A DNA stretch of 41,601 nucleotides from Elusimicrobiota bacterium (GTDB lineage Bacteria; Elusimicrobiota; Elusimicrobia; UBA1565), in assembly GCA_043827405.1 (NCBI GenBank), contig JBDRPD010000088.1, positions 1 through 41,601 on the forward strand. The letters are read 5' to 3'. This document shows, piece after piece, positions 35,536 to 41,601 of the stretch (positions within the stretch are counted from its first letter, which is position 1; every line of letters begins with the position of its first letter). The position numbers were made by a program, and so were the translations under genes. Under the pieces are notes generated by a model. It had not been told where the DNA came from. It made no database searches and was given only the letters and a program-made list of their open reading frames with translations.

Positions 35536-35557
35536 ATTGGCCGCCGAGGATAACGCT

Positions 35558-35953
35558 ATGAAAATGAACCGGACTCTGGCCTACGGCATGGCCGCGCTCG
35601 AAAGTCTCTCACAGATGGGACGCGGACGGGACTGGGTGCGCGTTAAGGAATTGGCGCGCGCCGAGAACCTGCCGGTCGCCTACCTCAACAAGGTGCTCAA
35701 AGCCCTGGAGAAGGCGGGCATGGTCGAGTCCGCGCGGGGGCGGGGCTTCCGTCTGGCGCGGCCTCTCGACCGCATCAATGTCTGGGAGATGATGGAGGCC
35801 TTCACCTTCAACGGCGCTCCGGTCAAGCCCGGCCCCGACGCCTCGCAGATGCTTTACACCACGCTGAGAAAGCAGGTCAGTACCTGGCTGGAAGGCCTGA
35901 CGCTGGAGGATATCGTGCAGTCGGTGAAGAAAAAACAGGAGAAGGATGGATAG
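35558..35953 (+). CDS. Rrf2 family transcriptional regulator (no cysteines)
   Basis: VKELARAENLPVAYLNKVLKALEKAGMVESARG.GFRLARP..IN; C-terminal LTLEDIV; GAGGA RBS before ATG 35558. Confidence 0.88.
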   Translation: MKMNRTLAYGMAALESLSQMGRGRDWVRVKELARAENLPVAYLNKVLKALEKAGMVESARGRGFRLARPLDRINVWEMMEAFTFNGAPVKPGPDASQMLYTTLRKQVSTWLEGLTLEDIVQSVKKKQEKDG

Positions 35954-35985
35954 CTTCAGCCGGTTTTTGTCGTAGGGAATAACAA

Positions 35986-38900
35986 GTGGAGACACGCCGA
36001 ACCATCAGGACGCTCACCGCGGGCATGACGGCCGCGGCGCTCCTGCTGTGCGCCGTTTCTCCCCTCCGTTCGCAGTCCGTGGTCTCCTCGGCGGGCACCG
36101 GCAGCGCCACTCAGGCCGAAGGGCAGGTCAAGGTGTTCAAGAACCCGCGCGGCCAGGGCTACTACTACGCCGTGGTGCAAAACGGCAGCGCCTCGAATAC
36201 CGGAGTCCGCATCCTCAGCTCACCTAACGGCACCGTCTGGACCGATCAAGGGCAGGTCTACAGCGGCACCGCCTATTACCCTTCCGTTTTCTTCGCCGAG
36301 GACGGCGCCAACAGCCGCCTCAACGTCTATATCGGCCAAATCGAGATCACCGATCGCAACTACCGCTACGTGCGCGTCCAGATTCCCGACGCGACGCATG
36401 TCCCCACCATATTCGCCTCCTCCAGCTTCGACATCGGCAACCGGCGCGAGCCCGGCGACACGGCGGTGATCGTCAAGGACCGCAACGGCAACCTCGTCAC
36501 CCTCTACGGCGCCGACGAGGACGACCTGCGGCCCACTTTCCGGCGCACCACCGCCAATCCGGAGACCGCCGCGCCCACCTGGTCCGGCGACATCCAGATT
36601 GAGAACTCGGCGGACTGGAACGACCCATCCTTTCGCCCCTCGATCCAACCCTTCGGCGGTACCGGGAACCTCGCCGGCGCCGTCTATCAGTTCGGCACCG
36701 GCTCGGGGGCCATGGTGATCCGGGGAGTGAACCTTACCGCCGCCTACGCAGCCGCCAACCTGACGACGATCGAGACCGGCATGCCCTACACCTCGCTGAG
36801 CTCGGCACTCGACGCCGACGACCGCATGCATATCCTTTACGAGAACTCGGCGACCTCGCTGGTCAGCCGGCGGGCCACCAATATCCGGGACGCCAGCGCC
36901 TGGAGCGCCGCCAGTTCCGTCTCCAACGGCAGCACCATAGTCACTGCGGTGCTCACGGTCGACAAAAGCGTGACGCCGAGCAAGCTGCATGCCTTCTACG
37001 TCACCTCCGCCGACGACAAGGTCATCCGCCACCGCTCCAGCCCGGTCAACACCATCGCCTGGAACCAGGAGGAGGCGCTTTCCACAGAAAGCGAGGGCAT
37101 CGACTACCTCTCGGCCGCCAAGGCGGACCAGTCCGGCTATCTCAGCCTTATCTATACGGCGCAGAGCGCGCAGCAGGTGCTGTTCCGCCGCCATCCCGTC
37201 GGCTATCCCGACAAGATCGCGAACTTCGCCGCCTCCAGCGGGACGACCGCCGGCGCCGTTAAGCTTTCCTGGTCCGCGCCCAGCGCCCATCCGGTGAGCA
37301 CCGCGCATACGCGCTCGACGTTCACCATCCACTACACCTCGGTGCAGGCCAGCGCCGAGAATCCCCTCTTCTGGAGCACCGCCTCGGCCCAGGTCCATAT
37401 CGCGACCTCGAGCGTGAGCCCCGGCGCCCTGCAGCAGAAGAGTCTGACCTTGGACGCCAATACCACCTGGTTCTTCCGCATCTGGACCAAGAATGAGGAC
37501 GAGGACTACAGCCAGGGCCTCTCCAACGGCGCCACCGTCGTGACCTTGGCCAACCCTCTAACCGATGCCGCGGTCAGCGCCGTGCATCAGACCAGCGTCA
37601 CCCTTAACTGGACGGCCCTGCCGGCGGCGCCGCAAAAGGACACCTCCGAAGGCTATGTGCTCCAGGCCTGCGAGCAGGCCGATTTCAGCGGGACGATATT
37701 GTCATCGAGCACCGCCAACCGGGCGGTGAGCGCGCTGACGGTAACGGGGCTGGACAAGAACACCACTTACTACTTCCGTGCGGGGTCCCTGAACTGGATT
37801 CAGGTTGCAAACTACGCCGCCGCCGTTTCGACTGCGACACGGGCGACGCCGGTGAGCGGCGGCCAATATACCGGCGTCTTCGAATCGAGCGCCGCCGTAA
37901 GCTGGACCGCCCTGCCGCCGGCGCCGCAGAACGCCAGCGCCGCGGCCTATGTCCTGCAGGCCTCGCCGAACGCGGACTTCTCCAGCGGAGTGCTGTATTC
38001 CTCAACCACGGATGTCGCCGAGAACGCGCATGTCGTAACGGGCTTAAGCTTCGACACTACCTACTACTTCCGCATCGCGGCCCTCAATATCGGCGGCGCG
38101 GCGAGCTATGCCAACCTGAGCGCGACTTCCACCTTGGCCGCGCAGCCCGGCGCGCCTGCGGTCGCGGCGGTATACCAGACCAGCGCCGCGGTGAGCTGGA
38201 CCGATATCGTCGGCCAGGGCTATCGATTGGAGGCCTCTGAGAACGCCGATTTCTCCGGCACGATCTATCCCGTGGCCACGACCAACGGCGACGCCGTTGC
38301 GCTCACGGTAACCGGGCTCACCGCCAATACGACCTATTTCTATCGCGCCGCTTCCATTAACTGGGGCGGCTCGCCCAACTATATCGCTGTGGATGCCGCA
38401 TCCACCCTGGCGCTGCAGCCGGCGGCGCCGTCCTACTCCTGGGTGTTCGTGTCAAGCGCGGCGGCGAGCTGGACGGCGGTGAACGCCGACGGCTACCGGC
38501 TGGAAGCCTCCTCTACCAATTACAACGGCACGGGGACCGTCTACTTCTCCTCCACCACCGACGGCGGCGCAACCCAGCTGACTTTGCTCGATCCGGAGCT
38601 GGAGCCCAATACTACCTACTACCTGCGGGCGGGCGCCTACAACCACAACAGCGCTTTGAGCTATGCCCTGCTCGGCGCCACCGTGACGCGGACTAATCTG
38701 CCGACGGAGCCGACCGCCTTCACTTCCTTTGTCACCAGCATGACCGTCAGCTGGGGCGAGCCGGCGGGCGGCGCGGCGGGCTACCGCCTGGAGCTGGCGC
38801 TCAATTCGAGCTTCAGCCCGCTCGCGACCTCCTCTTCGACCGACAACGGCGCGCTCACCTCTCTGGGGGTGACGGGCCTAAGCGCCAACACCACCTACTA

Positions 38901-41601
38901 TTTCCGCGCCGCCTCCCGCAGCTGGAACGGCACCCACAGCTATGCGGTGCCGGGCGCCACCTCGACCTTGACCAATCCGCCGCAATCGCCGAACCTCGAT
39001 GAAGTCGGCTTATCGAGCTTGACCATGAGCTGGACCGCGCCGGCCGGCGGCGCCCGGGGCTTCCGGCTGGAGGCGTCCGTAAGCCAGGACTTCTCCGACC
39101 TGATTTTATTCTCCTCGACCACCGACGGCGGCGCCACCTCGCTCGACCTGACCGGCCTGTACTCCAACACCACCTACTACCTGCGCGTCGCCGCCCTCAA
39201 CTGGACCTCCCGGGCGCAGTACGTCAACGCGGGCTCGACCTTGACCGATACCGCCGAGGACTTCATCGGCCCCGATCCGATCGCCAACCTGGCGGCGCAG
39301 ACCGACACCCCGGGCACCATGCTCCTGACCTGGCTGGCGCCTTTCGACGCCACCGACGATCCGCTCGACGGCAACTATGCCATCCAGGCCTCGTCCTGGA
39401 CCGGGGTGGTATGGGCGACCGCCAATGCCCAGGTCGCCTTCTCCACCTCCGGCGTCTACTACGACGTGCCGCAGGGCAGGACGGTGGGAGGGCTGGACCC
39501 CAACACCACCTATTACTTTCACCTGTGGACTTCGGACCTCATCCCCAACTGGTCGCCGCTGAGCAATCGCGCCACCGCGGCGACCTTGGCGCCGGATATC
39601 GAGAACGTTGCGGTGGGTCAGGATTATGAAAACGGCTTGCTGATAAACTGGACGCCGCTGCCGGCCAGCCCCTCGAGCCACAGTGCCCAGGGTTATCGCC
39701 TGGAAGCCTCCTCGACCAACTTCGCCGGCGGCACGGTTTTCTCATCAGCCACCGCTCTGGTGTCTTTGAGCACGCTGACGGTTTCGGGACTTTTGTCCAA
39801 TACCACCTATTTTTACCGCGCCGGCGCGCTCAATCATGCCGGCGTCCCCAACTACGCGGCGGTCAACGCCGACGCGACCCTGGCCGTGGCGCCGAGTCTT
39901 CTGAGCAGCAATTACGTCGGGATATTCTTTACCAGCGCGACTTTGCATTGGGCGGCGCGGCCGCCGTCGCCCCCGGCCGCCACGGCGGAGGGCTACCGCC
40001 TGGAGGCCTCGTCGACCAATTTCGACGGCAGCGGCATCGTCTACGCCTCGGCCACGAATAACGTCGCGCTGAGCACGCTCACGGTGGCGGGGCTGGAGAC
40101 CAACCGGCTCTATTATTTCCGGACCGGCGCCCTTAATTGGGAGGACCGCGGCAGCTATACCTCGCTGGGCTCCACGCCGACTTTGGCCAATCCGCCTACG
40201 GGAGCGGCCTTCACGGGAGTCCATCCCTCCAGCGTCAGCCTGTCCTGGGAACTGCCCGCGGGCGGCGCCTCGGGCTTCCGCATTCAGGCTTCTTCCACTG
40301 ATTTCGACGGCAGCGGGGCGGTGCTGTCCTCGGCCACTTTCAACGGCGCGCAGAACTCGCTGACGGTGCTGGGCTTGCTGTCCAATACCACCTACTATTT
40401 CCGGACGGGTTCGCTGACCAAAAACGACGCCTTCACCACCTATGCCGCGGCCATCGCCACCGCGACCCTGGCTCCGCCGCCGGCGAAGCTGGGCGCGAAC
40501 TTCATCGGGGTGTTCAAGACTTCGGTCACGGCGCACTGGGCGGCTCTGCCGGCCGCGCCGCAGGACGGGACCTCCGAAGGCTATAGGCTGGAAGCCTCGG
40601 CCGATGCCGGCTTCATGGGCCTGATCCTCGCTTCGTCGACCTGGGCCGCCGGGCAGTCGACTTTGACGGTCGCGGGCCTCGACGCCAATACGACCTATTA
40701 TTTCCGCGTCGGCTCGCGCAACTGGAACGGCGCCGTCAACAGCGTCGTGCTCTCCGCCACCAGCACTTTGGCCCAGGCGCCGACAGCGCTGGCGCAGACC
40801 TACCTGGAAGCGTCGTCGGTCGCGATCCGCGCCGCCTGGGCGGCGCTTCAGGTCTGGCCGCTGGCCGACACCGCCGAGGGCTATATGCTCGAGGCCTGGA
40901 CCAGCCCGGACTTTACGGGGACGCGGGTATCGTCGCAAACGGCCGAGATCAGCGAAAGCACCTTAACCGCGCTCTCTCCCGCGCTGTCGCCGCAGTCCAC
41001 CTACTACTTCCGCGTCGGCAGCCTCAACCATAACGGGGTGCCCAACTTCACGACGTTGGGATCGACCGCGACTTGGACCGCGGATATCTCCCCCTCCACC
41101 GCCGCCGTTTACCTGACCAGCGTGACCGTAGGCTGGAACGCGGTAAATGCCAACGGCTATGTGCTGGAAGCCTGGACCAATGCCGACTATTCCGGCTCGG
41201 CGGTCTCCTCACGCACCACCATGGGCGCGGTCGAGGCGTTGACGGCGCTGAGCCCGGCGCTGGCCAACAATACCACCTATTACTTCCGGGCCGGGGCGCT
41301 CAACCACTTCGGGGCCGTCAACTTCGCCGCTCTCGGGCCGGTTTCGACTTTGGCCGATCCGATCACCAATGTGCAGATCAGCATGACCGGACGCTCGTCG
41401 GCTACCGTCAGCTGGACGGCGCTGCCCGGCTCGCCGTTGGCGGACACATCGGAAGGCTACCGGCTGGAAGCCTGCGTCGAGCCGGACTTAATCGATACGA
41501 GCCTCGGCTCCGAGACCGGCAGCGCCGCCTCCTCCGAGCTCACGGTGACCGGGTTGGCGTCCTACACCGAGTACTTCTTCCGCGCCGGAGCGCTCAACCA
41601 C
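35986..41601 (+). CDS. Giant secreted/surface protein with at least 15 fibronectin type III-like repeats; 3' end outside the window
   Basis: Translated by hand; absent from the ORF track because there is no stop in the window. GTG 35986 after AGGGA; signal peptide (RRTIRTLTAGMTAAALLLCAVSPLRS-Q); frame open for 1872 codons; repeats SW..P...GYRLEAS..NF.G......LTV.GL..NTTYYFR.GALN. Confidence 0.88.
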   Translation, partial: METRRTIRTLTAGMTAAALLLCAVSPLRSQSVVSSAGTGSATQAEGQVKVFKNPRGQGYYYAVVQNGSASNTGVRILSSPNGTVWTDQGQVYSGTAYYPSVFFAEDGANSRLNVYIGQIEITDRNYRYVRVQIPDATHVPTIFASSSFDIGNRREPGDTAVIVKDRNGNLVTLYGADEDDLRPTFRRTTANPETAAPTWSGDIQIENSADWNDPSFRPSIQPFGGTGNLAGAVYQFGTGSGAMVIRGVNLTAAYAAANLTTIETGMPYTSLSSALDADDRMHILYENSATSLVSRRATNIRDASAWSAASSVSNGSTIVTAVLTVDKSVTPSKLHAFYVTSADDKVIRHRSSPVNTIAWNQEEALSTESEGIDYLSAAKADQSGYLSLIYTAQSAQQVLFRRHPVGYPDKIANFAASSGTTAGAVKLSWSAPSAHPVSTAHTRSTFTIHYTSVQASAENPLFWSTASAQVHIATSSVSPGALQQKSLTLDANTTWFFRIWTKNEDEDYSQGLSNGATVVTLANPLTDAAVSAVHQTSVTLNWTALPAAPQKDTSEGYVLQACEQADFSGTILSSSTANRAVSALTVTGLDKNTTYYFRAGSLNWIQVANYAAAVSTATRATPVSGGQYTGVFESSAAVSWTALPPAPQNASAAAYVLQASPNADFSSGVLYSSTTDVAENAHVVTGLSFDTTYYFRIAALNIGGAASYANLSATSTLAAQPGAPAVAAVYQTSAAVSWTDIVGQGYRLEASENADFSGTIYPVATTNGDAVALTVTGLTANTTYFYRAASINWGGSPNYIAVDAASTLALQPAAPSYSWVFVSSAAASWTAVNADGYRLEASSTNYNGTGTVYFSSTTDGGATQLTLLDPELEPNTTYYLRAGAYNHNSALSYALLGATVTRTNLPTEPTAFTSFVTSMTVSWGEPAGGAAGYRLELALNSSFSPLATSSSTDNGALTSLGVTGLSANTTYYFRAASRSWNGTHSYAVPGATSTLTNPPQSPNLDEVGLSSLTMSWTAPAGGARGFRLEASVSQDFSDLILFSSTTDGGATSLDLTGLYSNTTYYLRVAALNWTSRAQYVNAGSTLTDTAEDFIGPDPIANLAAQTDTPGTMLLTWLAPFDATDDPLDGNYAIQASSWTGVVWATANAQVAFSTSGVYYDVPQGRTVGGLDPNTTYYFHLWTSDLIPNWSPLSNRATAATLAPDIENVAVGQDYENGLLINWTPLPASPSSHSAQGYRLEASSTNFAGGTVFSSATALVSLSTLTVSGLLSNTTYFYRAGALNHAGVPNYAAVNADATLAVAPSLLSSNYVGIFFTSATLHWAARPPSPPAATAEGYRLEASSTNFDGSGIVYASATNNVALSTLTVAGLETNRLYYFRTGALNWEDRGSYTSLGSTPTLANPPTGAAFTGVHPSSVSLSWELPAGGASGFRIQASSTDFDGSGAVLSSATFNGAQNSLTVLGLLSNTTYYFRTGSLTKNDAFTTYAAAIATATLAPPPAKLGANFIGVFKTSVTAHWAALPAAPQDGTSEGYRLEASADAGFMGLILASSTWAAGQSTLTVAGLDANTTYYFRVGSRNWNGAVNSVVLSATSTLAQAPTALAQTYLEASSVAIRAAWAALQVWPLADTAEGYMLEAWTSPDFTGTRVSSQTAEISESTLTALSPALSPQSTYYFRVGSLNHNGVPNFTTLGSTATWTADISPSTAAVYLTSVTVGWNAVNANGYVLEAWTNADYSGSAVSSRTTMGAVEALTALSPALANNTTYYFRAGALNHFGAVNFAALGPVSTLADPITNVQISMTGRSSATVSWTALPGSPLADTSEGYRLEACVEPDLIDTSLGSETGSAASSELTVTGLASYTEYFFRAGALNH
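37210..41601 (+). repeat. Tandem FN3-like domain repeats, about 270-310 bp each, at least 15
   Basis: Recurring ggcta(c/t)cg.ctgga.gcctc and aa(c/t)accaccta(c/t)ta(c/t)ttccg motifs in frame. Confidence 0.85.

Noticed and set aside
36220..40938. Long minus-strand ORFs (36220-37398, 39106-39681, 39745-40938) and short plus-strand ORFs in other frames
   Set aside because: Shadows of the giant FN3 gene in frame +1; Arg/Gly-rich and without motifs.

Overview
GC-rich bacterial chromosomal window with three blocks. The lineage is not provable from the sequence; the giant FN3-repeat protein and the PorV-like/FlgD-type C-terminal-domain pair resemble Elusimicrobiota or FCB-adjacent genomes. (1) 1-26414, minus strand: a large surface-polysaccharide locus with Wza/SLBB, Wzc, a Wzy/WaaL-like protein, Wzm/Wzt, many GT4/GT2 enzymes, six methyltransferase domains, an AsnB-GT4 fusion, a methyltransferase-GT4 fusion missing from the ORF track, a CDP-alcohol phosphotransferase and a DUF4956/CotH/VTC triad. 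(2) 26599-31629: the best candidate for an undescribed system. A compact RiPP-like operon encodes an HprK-related kinase, a PqqD/RRE chaperone, a radical SAM/SPASM enzyme, a 52-aa precursor (YxxP leader, AxA site, 3 Cys, C-terminal Ser), an S24/S26-type peptidase and a nucleotidyltransferase, and converges on an ABC-2 exporter. (3) 31691-41601, plus strand: a secreted protein with 14 x 46-aa beta-propeller-like repeats and a T9SS-like CTD, a PorV-like barrel, a promoter plus leader carrying an intrinsic terminator, a Cys-less Rrf2 regulator, and a >1870-aa FN3-repeat surface protein that runs off the window and is also missing from the ORF track. No rRNA, tRNA, CRISPR array or mobile element was recognised. 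All family calls come from motif reading only; no searches were run.
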